From Auanema rhodensis (lineage: Eukaryota > Animalia > Nematoda), in contig OZ059900.1 in NCBI GenBank assembly GCA_964057225.1, forward strand, positions 6,324,001 to 6,388,000: a stretch of DNA of 64,000 nt, given 5' to 3'. Below, in pieces: positions 43,601 to 57,932 of the stretch. The stretch's first letter is position 1, and each line of letters opens with the position of its first letter. The position numbers were made by a program, and so were the translations under genes. The notes beneath the pieces are model-generated. The model was given only the letters and a program-made list of their open reading frames with translations, did not search any database and was not told the origin of the DNA.

Positions 43601-46600
43601 ATCTTATAAGTAAAGAACTGTTCATTATTCATAGATGATATTAACAAAATTCTAAGATATGATATTAAACTCTACAATACTCAAAGATGATCAAACAATA
43701 AAGACGGTAATGTAGATTTCAAATTGATTGAAAAAATACAAAAAGTTACAAAAAAAGGTAAATTTTCAAATCTTATAAGTAAAGAACTGTTCATTATTTT
43801 GAGATGAAATTCTCAAAAATCTAAGAAATGATATTAAACTCTACAAGAGTCAAAGATGATCAAACAATAAAGACGGTAATGTAGATTTTGAATTGATTGA
43901 AAAAATACAAAAAGTTACAAAAAAAGGTAAATTTTCAAATCTTATAAGTAAAGAACTGTTCATTATTTTGAGATGAAATTCTCAAAATTCCAAGATATGA
44001 TATTAAACTTCACAAAAATCAAGAATGATCAAACAATAAAGACGGTAATATAGATTTTGAATTGATTGAAAAAATACAAATTTTACAAAAAAAGGTAAAT
44101 TTTCAAATCTTATAAGTAAAGAACTGTTCATTATTTTGAGATGAAATTCTCAAAAATCTAAGAAATGATATTAAACTCTACAATACTCAAAAATGATCAA
44201 ACAATAAAGACGGTAATGTAGATTTTGAATTGATTGAAAAAATACAAATTTTACAAAAAAAGGTAAATTTTCAAATCTTATAAGTAAAGAACTGTTCATT
44301 ATTTTGAGATGAAATTCTCAAAAATCTAAGAAATGATATTAAACTCTACAATACTCAAAAATGATCAAACAATAAAGACGGTAATGTAGATTTTGAATTG
44401 ATTGAAAAAATACAAATTTTACAAAAAAAGGTAAATTTTCAAATCTTATAAGTAAAGAACTGTTCATTATTTTGAGATGAAATTCTCAAAATTCCAAGAT
44501 ATGATATTAAACTCTACAAGAGTCAAAGATGATCAAACAATAAAGACGGTAATGTAGATTTTGAATTGATTGAAAAAATACAAAAAGTTACAAAAAAAGG
44601 TAAATTTTCAAATCTTATAAGTAAAGAACTGTTCATTATTTTGAGATGAAATTCTCAAAATTCCAAGATATGATATTAAACTCTACAATACTCAAAAATG
44701 ATCAAACAATAAAGACGGTAATGTAGATTTTGAATTGATTGAAAAAATACAAATTTTACAAAAAAAGGTAAATTTTCAAATCTTATAAGTAAAGAACTGT
44801 TCATTATTTTGAGATGAAATTCTCAAAATTCTAAGATATGATATTGAACTCTACAATACTCAAAAATGATCAAACAATAAAGACGGTAATGTAGATTTTG
44901 AATTGATTGAAAAAATACAAATTTTACAAAAAAAGGTAAATTTTCAAAAACTTATAAGTAAAGAACTGTTCATTATTTTGAGATGAAATTCTCAAAATTC
45001 TAAGATATGATATTGAACTCTACAATACTCAAAAATGATCAAACAATAAAGACGGTAATGTAGATTTTGAATTGATTGAAAAAATACAAATTTTACAAAA
45101 AAAGGTAAATTTTCAAATCTTATAAGTAAAGAACTGTTCATTATTTTGAGATGAAATTCTCAAAATTCTAAGATATGATATTAAACTCTACAAGAGTCAA
45201 AGATGATCAAACAATAAAGACGGTAATGTAGATTTTGAATTGATTGAAAAAATACAAATTTTACAAAAAAAGGTAAATTTTCAAATCTTATAAGTAAAGA
45301 ACTGTTCATTATTTTGAGATGAAATTCTCAAAATTCCAAGATATGATATTAAACTCTACAAGAGTCAAAGATGATCAAACAATAAAGACGGTAATGTAGA
45401 TTTTGAATTGATTGAAAAAATACAAATTTTACAAAAAAAGGTAAATTTTCAAATCTTATAAGTAAAGAACTGTTCATTATTTTGAGATGAAATTCTCAAA
45501 AATCTAAGAAATGATATTAAACTCTACAAGAGTCAAAGATGATCAAACAATAAAGACGGTAATGTAGATTTTGAATTGATTGAAAAAATACAAATTTTAC
45601 AAAAAAAGGTAAATTTTCAAATCTTATAAGTAAAGAACTGTTCATTATTTTAAGATGAAATTCTCAAAATTCTAAGATATGATATTAAACTCTACAAGAG
45701 TCAAAGATGATCAAACAATAAAGACGGTAATGTAGATTTTGAATTGATTGAAAAAATACAAATTTTACAAAAAAAGGTAAATTTTCAAATCTTATAAGTA
45801 AAGAACTGTTCATTATTTTGAGATGAAATTCTCAAAAATCTAAGAAATGATATTAAACTCTACAAGAGTCAAAGATGATCAAACAATAAAGACGGTAATG
45901 TAGATTTTGAATTGATTGAAAAAATACAAATTTTACAAAAAAAGGTAAATTTTCAAATCTTATAAGTAAAGAACTGTTCATTATTTTGAGATGAAATTCT
46001 CAAAAATCTAAGAAATGATATTAAACTCTACAAGAGTCAAAGATGATCAAACAATAAAGACGGTAATGTAGATTTTGAATTGATTGAAAAAATACAAATT
46101 TTACAAAAAAAGGTAAATTTTCAAATCTTATAAGTAAAGAACTGTTCATTATTTTAAGATGAAATTCTCAAAATTCTAAGATATGATATTAAACTCTACA
46201 AGAGTCAAAGATGATCAAACAATAAAGACGGTAATGTAGATTTTGAATTGATTGAAAAAATACAAATTTTACAAAAAAAGGTAAATTTTCAAATCTTATA
46301 AGTAAAGAACTGTTCATTATTTTGAGATGAAATTCTCAAAAATCTAAGAAATGATATTAAACTCTACAAGAGTCAAAGATGATCAAACAATAAAGACGGT
46401 AATGTAGATTTTGAATTGATTGAAAAAATACAAATTTTACAAAAAAAGGTAAATTTTCAAATCTTATAAGTAAAGAACTGTTCATTATTTTAAGATGAAA
46501 TTCTCAAAATTCTAAGATATGATATTAAACTCTACAAGAGTCAAAGATGATCAAACAATAAAGACGGTAATGTAGATTTTGAATTGATTGAAAAAATACA

Positions 46601-49600
46601 AATTTTACAAAAAAAGGTAAATTTTCAAATCTTATAAGTAAAGAACTGTTCATTATTTTAAGATGAAATTCTCAAAATTCTAAGATATGATATTAAACTC
46701 TACAAGAGTCAAAGATGATCAAACAATAAAGACGGTAATGTAGATTTTGAATTGATTGAAAAAATACAAATTTTACAAAAAAAGGTAAATTTTCAAATCT
46801 TATAAGTAAAGAACTGTTCATTATTTTGAGATGAAATTCTCAAAAATCTAAGAAATGATATTAAACTCTACAATACTCAAAAATGATCAAACAATAAAGA
46901 CGGTAATGTAGATTTTGAATTGATTGAAAAAATACAAATTTTACAAAAAAAGGTAAATTTTCAAATCTTATAAGTAAAGAACTGTTCATTATTTTAAGAT
47001 GAAATTCTCAAAATTCTAAGATATGATATTAAACTCTACAAGAGTCAAAGATGATCAAACAATAAAGACGGTAATGTAGATTTTGAATTGATTGAAAAAA
47101 TACAAATTTTACAAAAAAAGGTAAATTTTCAAATCTTATAAGTAAAGAACTGTTCATTATTTTGAGATGAAATTCTCAAAATTCCAAGATATGATATTAA
47201 ACTTCACAAAAATCAAGAATGATCAAACAATAAAGACGGTAATATAGATTTTGAATTGATTGAAAAAATACAAATTTTACAAAAAAAGGTAAATTTTCAA
47301 ATCTTATAAGTAAAGAACTGTTCATTATTTTGAGATGAAATTCTCAAAAATCTAAGAAATGATATTAAACTCTACAATACTCAAAAATGATCAAACAATA
47401 AAGACGGTAATGTAGATTTTGAATTGATTGAAAAAATACAAATTTTACAAAAAAAGGTAAATTTTCAAATCTTATAAGTAAAGAACTGTTCATTATTTTG
47501 AGATGAAATTCTCAAAAATCTAAGAAATGATATTAAACTCTACAATACTCAAAAATGATCAAACAATAAAGACGGTAATGTAGATTTTGAATTGATTGAA
47601 AAAATACAAATTTTACAAAAAAAGGTAAATTTTCAAATCTTATAAGTAAAGAACTGTTCATTATTTTGAGATGAAATTCTCAAAATTCCAAGATATGATA
47701 TTAAACTCTACAAGAGTCAAAGATGATCAAACAATAAAGACGGTAATGTAGATTTTGAATTGATTGAAAAAATACAAAAAGTTACAAAAAAAGGTAAATT
47801 TTCAAAAACTTATAAGTAAAGAACTGTTCATTATTTTGAGATGAAATTCTCAAAATTCTAAGATATGATATTGAACTCTACACTGCTTAATGATGATCAA
47901 ACAATAAAGACGGTAATGTAGATTTCAAATTGATTGAAAAAATACAAAAAGTTACAAAAAAAGGTAAATTTTCAAATCTTATAAGTAAAGAACTGTTCAT
48001 TATTCATAGATGATATTAACAAAATTCTAAGATATGATATTAAACTCTACAATACTCAAAGATGATCAAACAATAAAGACGGTAATGTAGATTTCAAATT
48101 GATTGAAAAAATACAAAAAGTTACAAAAAAAGGTAAATTTTCAAATCTTATAAGTAAAGAACTGTTCATTATTCATAGATGATATTAACAAAATTCTAAG
48201 ATATGATATTAAACTCTACAATACTCAAAGATGATCAAACAATAAAGACGGTAATGTAGATTTCAAATTGATTGAAAAAATACAAAAAGTTACAGAAAAA
48301 GGTAAATTTTCAAATCTTATAAGTAAAGAACTGTTCATTATTTTAAGATGAAATTCTCAAAATTCTAAGATATGATATTAAACTCTACAAGAGTCAAAGA
48401 TGATCAAACAATAAAGACGGTAATGTAGATTTTGAATTGATTGAAAAAATACAAATTTTACAAAAAAAGGTAAATTTTCAAATCTTATAAGTAAAGAACT
48501 GTTCATTATTTTAAGATGAAATTCTCAAAATTCTAAGATATGATATTAAACTCTACAAGAGTCAAAGATGATCAAACAATAAAGACGGTAATGTAGATTT
48601 TGAATTGATTGAAAAAATACAAATTTTACAAAAAAAGGTAAATTTTCAAATCTTATAAGTAAAGAACTGTTCATTATTTTAAGATGAAATTCTCAAAAAT
48701 CTAAGAAATGATATTAAACTCTACAAGAGTCAAAGATGATCAAACAATAAAGACGGTAATGTAGATTTTGAATTGATTGAAAAAATACAAATTTTACAAA
48801 AAAAGGTAAATTTTCAAATCTTATAAGTAAAGAACTGTTCATTATTTTGAGATGAAATTCTCAAAAATCTAAGAAATGATATTAAACTCTACAATACTCA
48901 AAAATGATCAAACAATAAAGACGGTAATGTAGATTTTGAATTGATTGAAAAAATACAAATTTTACAAAAAAAGGTAAATTTTCAAATCTTATAAGTAAAG
49001 AACTGTTCATTATTTTAAGATGAAATTCTCAAAATTCTAAGATATGATATTAAACTCTACAAGAGTCAAAGATGATCAAACAATAAAGACGGTAATGTAG
49101 ATTTTGAATTGATTGAAAAAATACAAATTTTACAAAAAAAGGTAAAATATCAAAAACTTATAAGTGAAGAACTGTTCATTATTTTGAGATGAAATTCTCA
49201 AAATTCTAAGATATGATATTAAACTCTACAATACTCAAAGATGATCAAACAATAAAGACGGTAATGTAGATTTTGAATTGATTGAAAAAATACAAAAAGT
49301 TACAAAAAAAGGTAAATTTTCAAAAACTTATAAGTAAAGAACTGTTCATTATTTTGAGATGAAATTCTCAAAATTCCAAGATATGATATTAAACTTCACA
49401 ATAATCAAGAATGATCAAACAATAAAGACGGTAATGTAGTTTTTAAATTGATTGAAAAAATACAAATTTTACAAAAAAAGGTAAATTTTCAAAAACTTAT
49501 AAGTAAAGAACTGTTCATTATTTTGAGATGAAATTCTCAAAATTCCAAGATATGATATTAAACTTCACAATAATCAAGAATGATCAAACAATAAAGACGG

Positions 49601-52600
49601 TAATATAGATTTTGAATTGATTGAAAAAATACAAATTTTACAAAAAAAGGTAAATTTTCAAAAACTTATAAGTAAAGAACTGTTCATTATTTTGAGATGA
49701 AATTCTCAAAAATCTAAGAAATGATATTAAACTTCACAATAATCAAGAATGATCAAACAATAAAGACGGTAATGTAGTTTTTAAATTGATTGAAAAAATA
49801 CAAATTTTACAAAAAAAGGTAAATTTTCAAAAACTTATAAGTAAAGAACTGTTCATTATTTTGAGATGAAATTCTCAAAATTCCAAGATATGATATTAAA
49901 CTTCACAATAATCAAGAAAGATCAAACAATAAAGACGGTAATATAGATTTTGAATTGATTGAAAAAATACAAATTTTACAAAAAAAGGTAAATTTTCAAA
50001 AACTTATAAGTAAAGAACTGTTCATTATTTTGAGATGAAATTCTCAAAATTCCAAGATATGATATTAAACTTCACAATAATCAAGAATGATCAAACAATA
50101 AAGACGGTAATATAGATTTTGAATTGATTGAAAAAATACAAATTTTACAAAAAAAGGTAAATTTTCAAAAACTTATAAGTAAAGAACTGTTCATTATTTT
50201 GAGATGAAATTCTCAAAAATCTAAGAAATGATATTAAACTTCACAATAATCAAGAATGATCAAACAATAAAGACGGTAATATAGATTTTGAATTGATTGA
50301 AAAAATACAAATTTTACAAAAAAAGGTAAATTTTCAAAAACTTATAAGTAAAGAACTGTTCATTATTTTGAGATGAAATTCTCAAAAATCTAAGAAATGA
50401 TATTAAACTTCACAATAATCAAGAATGATCAAACAATAAAGACGGTAATGTAGTTTTTAAATTGATTGAAAAAATACAAATTTTACAAAAAAAGGTAAAT
50501 TTTCAAAAACTTATAAGTAAAGAACTGTTCATTATTTTGAGATGAAATTCTCAAAAGTTCTAAGATATGATATTAAAATCTACAATAATCGAGAATGATC
50601 GAACAATAAAGACGGTAATGTAGATTTTGAATTCATTGAAAAAACACAAAATTTTACAAAAAAAGATAAATTTTCAAAAACTTATAAGTAAAGAACTGTT
50701 CATTATTTTGAGATGAAATTCTCAAAATTCTAAGATATGATATTGAACTCTACACTGCTTAATGATGATCAAACAATAAAGACGGTAATGTAGATTTTGA
50801 ATTGATTGAAAAAATACAAAATTTTACAAAAAAAGGTAAATTTTCAAAAACTTATAAGTAAAGAACTGTTCATTATTTTGAGATGAAATTCTCAAGATTC
50901 TAAGATATGATATTAAACTCTACAATACTCAAAGATGATCAAACAATAAAGACGGTAATGTAGATTTTGAATTCATTGAAAAAACACAAAATTTTACAAA
51001 AAAAGATAAATTTTCAAAAACTTATAAGTAAAGAACTGTTCATTATTTTGAGATGAAATTCTCAAAATTCTAAGATATGATATTAAAATCTACAATACTC
51101 GAAGATGATAAAACAATAAAGACGTTAATGTAGATTTTGAATTGATTGAAAAAATACAAAAAGTTACAAAAAAAGGTAAAATATCAAAAACTTATAAGTA
51201 AAGAACTGTTCATTATTTTGAGATGAAATTCTCAAAATTCTAAGATATGATATTAAAATCTACAATACTCGAAGATGATAAAACAATAAAGACGTTAATG
51301 TAGATTTTGAATTGATTGAAAAAATACAAAAAGTTACAAAAAAAGGTAAAATTTCAAAAACTTATAAGTGAAGAACTGTTCATTATTTTGAGATGAAATT
51401 CTCAAAATTCTAAGATATGATATTAAACTCTACAATACTCAAAGATGATCAAACAATAAAGACGGTAATGTAGATTTTGAATTGATTGAAAAAATACAAA
51501 AAGTTACAAAAAAAGGTAAAATTTCAAAAACTTATAAGTAAAGAACTGTTCATTATTTTGAGATGAAATTCTCAAAATTCTAAGATATGATATTAAAATC
51601 TACAATACTCGAAGATGATCAAATAATAAAGACGTTAATGTAGATTTTAAATTGATTGAAAAAATACAAAATTTTACAAAAAAAGGTAAAATTTCAAAAA
51701 CTTATAAGTAAAGAACTGTTCATTATTTTGAGATGAAATTCTCAAAATTCTAAGATATGATATTGAACTCTACACTGCTCAAAGATGATCAAATAATAAA
51801 GACGTTAATGTAGTTTTTTAATTGATTGAAAAAATACAAAATTTTACAAAAAAAGGTAAAATTTCAAAGACTTATAAGTAAAGAACTGTTCATTATTTTG
51901 AGATGAAATTCTCAAAATTCTAAGATATGATATTGAACTCTACACTGCTCAAAGATGATCAAATAATAAAGACGTTAATGTAGTTTTTAAATTGATAGAA
52001 AAAATACAAAATTTTACAAAAAAAGGTAAAATTTCAAAAACTTATAAGTAAAGAACTGTTCATTATTTTGAGATGAAATTCTCAAAATTCCAAGATATGA
52101 TATTAAAATCTACAATACTAGAAGATGATAAAACAATAAAGACGTTAATGTAGTTTTTAAATTGATTGAAAAAATACAAAATTTTACAAAAAAAGGTAAA
52201 TTTTCAAAAACTTATAAGTAAAGAACTGTTCATTATTTTGAGATGAAATTCTCAAATTTCTAAGATATGTTATTAAAATCTACAATACTAGAAGATGATC
52301 AAATAATAAAGACGTTAATGTAGATTTTAAATTGATTGAAAAAATACAAAATTTTACAAAAAAAGGTAAAATTTCAAAAACTTATAAGTAAAGAACTGTT
52401 CATTATTTTGAGAGGAAATTCTCAAATTTCTAAGATATGATATTAAAATCTACAATCAAATCTGTAAAATTTCAAAAACTTATAAGTAAAGAACTGTTCA
52501 TTATTTTGAGAGGAAATTCTCAAATTTCTAAGATATGTTATTAAAATCTACAATACTCGAAGATGATCAAATAATAAAGACGTTAATGTAGTTTTTAAAT

Positions 52601-55600
52601 TGATTGAAAAAATACAAAATTTTACAAAAAATGGTAAAATTTCAAAAACTTATAAGTAAAGAACTGTTCATTATTTTGAGATGAAATTCTCAAATTTCTA
52701 AGATATGATATTACAATCTACAATACTCAAAGATGATAAAACAATAAAGACGTTAATGTAGTTTTTAAATTGATTGAAAAAATACAAAATTTTACAAAAA
52801 AAGGTAAAATTTCAAAAACTTATAAGTAAAGAACTGTTCATTATTTTGAGAGGAAATTCTCAAATTTCTAAGATATGATATTAAAATCTACAATCAAATC
52901 TGTAAAATTTCAAAAACTTATAAGTAAAGAACTGTTCATTATTTTGAGAGGAAATTCTCAAATTTCTAAGATATGTTATTAAAATCTACAATACTCGAAG
53001 ATGATCAAATAATAAAGACGTTAATGTAGTTTTTAAATTGATTGAAAAAATACAAAATTTTACAAAAAATGGTAAAATTTCAAAAACTTATAAGTAAAGA
53101 ACTGTTCATTATTTTGAGATGAAATTCTCAAATTTCTAAGATATGATATTACAATCTACAATACTCAAAGATGATAAAACAATAAAGACGTTAATGTAGT
53201 TTTTAAATTGATTGAAAAAATACAAAATTTTACAAAAAAAGGTAAAATTTCAAAAACTTATAAGTAAAGAACTGTTCATTATTTTGAGAGGAAATTCTCA
53301 AATTTCTAAGATATGATATTAAAATCTACAATCAAATCTGTAAAATTTCAAAAACTTATAAGTAAAGAACTGTTCATTATTTTGAGAGGAAATTCTCAAA
53401 TTTCTAAGATATGTTATTAAAATCTACAATACTCGAAGATGATCAAATAATAAAGACGTTAATGTAGTTTTTAAATTGATTGAAAAAATACAAAATTTTA
53501 CAAAAAATGGTAAAATTTCAAAAACTTATAAGTAAAGAACTGTTCATTATTTTGAGATGAAATTCTCAAATTTCTAAGATATGATATTACAATCTACAAT
53601 ACTCAAAGATGATAAAACAATAAAGACGTTAATGTAGTTTTTAAATTGATTGAAAAAATACAAAATTTTACAAAAAATGGTAAAATTTCAAAAACTTATA
53701 AGTAAAGAACTGTTCATTATTTTGAGATGAAATTCTCAAATTTCTAAGATATGATATTACAATCTACAATACTCAAAGATGATAAAACAATAAAGACGTT
53801 AATGTAGTTTTTAAATTGATTGAAAAAATACAAAATTTTACAAAAAAAGGTAAAATTTCAAAAACTTATAAGTAAAGAACTGTTCATTATTTTGAGAGGA
53901 AATTCTCAAATTTCTAAGATATGATATTAAAATCTACAATCAAATCTGTAAAATTTCAAAAACTTATAAGTAAAGAACTGTTCATTATTTTGAGAGGAAA
54001 TTCTCAAATTTCTAAGATATGTTATTAAAATCTACAATACTCGAAGATGATCAAATAATAAAGACGTTAATGTAGTTTTTAAATTGATTGAAAAAATACA
54101 AAATTTTACAAAAAATGGTAAAATTTCAAAAACTTATAAGTAAAGAACTGTTCATTATTTTGAGATGAAATTCTCAAATTTCTAAGATATGATATTACAA
54201 TCTACAATACTCAAAGATGATAAAACAATAAAGACGTTAATGTAGTTTTTAAATTGATTGAAAAAATACAAAATTTTACAAAAAATGGTAAAATTTCAAA
54301 AACTTATAAGTAAAGAACTGTTCATTATTTTGAGAGGAAATTCTCAAATTTCTAAGATATGATATTAAAATCTACAATACTCGAAGATGATCAAATAATA
54401 AAGACGTTAATGTAGTTTTTAAATTGATTGAAAAAATACAAAATTTTACAAAAAAAGGTAAAATTTCAAAAACTTATAAGTAAAGAACTGTTAATTATTT
54501 TAAGATGAAATTCTCAAAAATCTAAGATATGATATTAAACTCTATAAGACTCAAAGATGATCAAACAATAAAGACGTTAATGTAGTTTTTAAATTGATTG
54601 AAAAAATACAAAATTTTACAAAAAAAGGTAAAATTTCAAAGACTTATAAGTAAAGAACTGTTCATTATTTTGAGATGAAATTCTCAAAATTCTAAGATAT
54701 GATATCAAAATCTACAATACTCGAAGATGATCAAATAATAAAGACGTTAATGTAGATTTTGAATTGATTGAAAAATTACAAAATTTTACAAAAAAAGGTA
54801 AAATTTCAAAAACTTATAAGTAAAGAACTGTTCATTATTTTGAGATGAAATTCTCAAATTTCTAAGATATGATATTAAAATCTACACTGCTCAAAGATGA
54901 TCAAATAATAAAGACGTTAATGTAGTTTTTAAATTGATTGAAAAAATACAAAATTTTACAAAAAAAGGTAAAATTTCAAAAACTTATAAGTAAAGAACTG
55001 TTCATTATTTTGAGATGAAATTCTCAAAATTCCAAGATATGATATTAAAAACTACAATACGAGAAGATGATAAAACAATAAAGACGTTAATGTAGTTTTT
55101 AAATTGATTGAAAAAATACAAAATTTTACAAAAAAAGGTAAATTTTCAAAAACTTATAAGTAAAGAACTGTTCATTATTTTGAGATGAAATTCTCAAAAT
55201 TCTAAGATATGATATTGAACTCTACACTGCTCAAAGATGATCAAATAATAAAGACGTTAATGTAGTTTTTAAATTGATTGAAAAAATACAAAATTTTACA
55301 AAAAAAGGTAAAATTTCAAAAACTTATAAGTAAAGAACTGTTCATTATTTTGAGATGAAATTCTCAAATTTCTAAGATATGATATTAAAATCTACAATAC
55401 TCGAAGATGATCAAATAATAAAGACGTTAATGTAGATTTTAAATTGATTGAAAAAATACAAAATTTTACAAAAAAAGGTAAATTTTCAAAAACTTATAAG
55501 TAAAGAACTGTTCATTATTTTGAGATGAAATTCTCAAATTTCTAAGATATGTTATTAAAATCTACAATACTAGAAGATGATCAAATAATAAAGACGTTAA

Positions 55601-57438
55601 TGTAGATTTTAAATTGATTGAAAAAATACAAAATTTTACAAAAAAAGGTAAAATTTCAAAAACTTATAAGTAAAGAACTGTTCATTATTTTGAGATGAAA
55701 TTCTCAAATTTCTAAGATATGATATTACAATCTACAATACTCAAAGATGATAAAACAATAAAGACGTTAATGTAGTTTTTAAATTGATTGAAAAAATACA
55801 AAATTTTACAAAAAAAGGTAAAATTTCAAAAACTTATAAGTAAAGAACTGTTCATTATTTTGAGATGAAATTCTCAAATTTCTAAGATATGATATTAAAA
55901 TCTACAATACTCAAAGATGATAAAACAATAAAGACGTTAATGTAGTTTTTAAATTGATTGAAAAAATACAAAATTTTACAAAAAAAGGTAAAATTTCAAA
56001 AACTTATAAGTAAAGAACTGTTCATTATTTTGAGATGAAATTCTCAAATTTCTAAGATATGATATTAAAATCTACAATACTCAAAGATGATAAAACAATA
56101 AAGACGTTAATGTAGTTTTTAAATTGATTGAAAAAATACAAAATTTTACAAAAAAAGGTAAAATTTCAAAAACTTATAAGTAAAGAACTGTTCATTATTT
56201 TGAGATGAAATTCTCAAATTTCTAAGATATGATATTACAATCTACAATACTCAAAGATGATAAAACAATAAAGACGTTAATGTAGTTTTTAAATTGATTG
56301 AAAAAATACAAAATTTTACAAAAAATGGTAAAATTTCAAAAACTTATAAGTAAAGAACTGTTCATTATTTTGAGAGGAAATTCTCAAAATTCTAAGATAT
56401 GATATTAAAATCTACAATACTCGAAGATGATAAAACAATAAAGACGTTAATGTAGATTTTGAAATGATTGAAAAAATACAAAATTTTACAAAAAAAGGTA
56501 AAATTTCAAAAACTTATAAGTAAAGAACTGTTCATTATTTTGAGATGAAATTCTCAAATTTCTAAGATATGATATTACAATCTACAATACTCAAAGATGA
56601 TAAAACAATAAAGACGTTAATGTAGTTTTTAAATTGATTGAAAAAATACAAAATTTTACAAAAAAAGGTAAAATTTCAAAAACTTATAAGTAAAGAACTG
56701 TTCATTATTTTGAGATGAAATTCTCAAATTTCTAAGATATGATATTACAATCTACAATACTCAAAGATGATAAAACAATAAAGACGTTAATGTAGTTTTT
56801 AAATTGATTGAAAGAATACAAAATTTTACAAAAAATGGTAAAATTTCAAAAACTTATAAGTAAAGAACTGTTCATTATTTTGAGAGGAAATTCTCAAAAT
56901 TCTAAGATATGATATTAAAATCTACAATACTCGAAGATGATAAAACAATAAAGACGTTAATGTAGATTTTGAAATGATTGAAAAAATACAAAATTTTACA
57001 AAAAAAGGTAAAATTTCAAAAACTTATAAGTAAAGAACTGTTCATTATTTTGAGATGAAATTCTCAAATTTCTAAGATATGATATTAAAATCTACAATAC
57101 TCAAAGATGATAAAACAATAAAGACGTTAATGTAGTTTTTAAATTGATTGAAAAAATACAAAATTTTACAAAAAAAGGTAAAATTTCAAAAACTTATAAG
57201 TAAAGAACTGTTCATTATTTTGAGATGAAATTCTCAAATTTCTAAGATATGATATTACAATCTACAATACTCAAAGATGATAAAACAATAAAGACGTTAA
57301 TGTAGTTTTTAAATTGATTGAAAAAATACAAAATTTTACAAAAAATGGTAAAATTTCAAAAACTTATAAGTAAAGAACTGTTCATTATTTTGAGAGGAAA
57401 TTCTCAAAATTCTAAGATATGATATTAAAATCTACAAT
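37601..57438 (+). repeat. Satellite array 3 (~118 monomers of 168, 169 or 170 bp plus four 98-bp truncated monomers)
   Basis: Same unit with subfamily-specific 1-bp deletions (caaattttac; caaatcttataag). It starts at aagactcaaag after an A-run and ends at tctacaat before the LTR. Confidence 0.99.
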
Positions 57439-57746
57439 TCTGTGCTGAAGCACTCTCATCCCGTGATAATAGTGTTCCTCCTTAGTTTAGTTCAATTGTA
57501 CTTCTTTATTGTCCTCTCTTTGTACCATCCATTATCCTCAACTATCTAATCGATAATCCTGTAAGTTGTCACCAACGGCCGATTTGCCGATGAATCACCT
57601 ATCGCCCTTTGCGATCTGATCCATTAGGCAAGATCTTAGGCGCGATAGCCGTCGCCCACTTGCACGGGGGATGATTCACGTAGGATTTAGACCCCTCCTC
57701 TCGCTTTCTACAATTAATACATTATCTATCACTTCCGGGGACCTAG

Positions 57747-57754
57747 TATATAAA
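57747..57754 (+). promoter_or_regulatory. LTR TATA box
   Basis: TATATAAA inside the LTR, about 110 bp upstream of AATAAA. Confidence 0.7.
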
Positions 57755-57859
57755 CCCGGAATAATTCTTTTAAATCATGTCTCAATATCATTCTGCCACC
57801 GCTATCATCTTCCCGTCAATTTATTTCTATTTTACTCGTATTGTATTCGTATTGCCGAT

Positions 57860-57865
57860 AATAAA
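57860..57865 (+). terminator. LTR polyadenylation signal
   Basis: AATAAA downstream of the TATA box, about 110 bp before the LTR end. Confidence 0.6.
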
Positions 57866-57932
57866 CTCTTCTCTTGTACTCGCGTCTATTGCCTATTACT
57901 TGGACTAATATTCCACTACCACTGAACCACAA

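Noticed and set aside
1-57438. CRISPR array
   Set aside because: Head-to-tail monomers with no unique spacers and no cas genes, in a eukaryotic context with spliceosomal introns.
57436-57440. Target-site duplication (AATTC) of the retroelement
   Set aside because: The 3' LTR is truncated, so the second copy cannot be checked.
57624-57641. Two TTAGGC nematode telomere hexamers in the LTR near the truncation point
   Set aside because: They are not tandem, one is TGAGGC in the truncated copies, and no telomere array was added at the break; probably chance.
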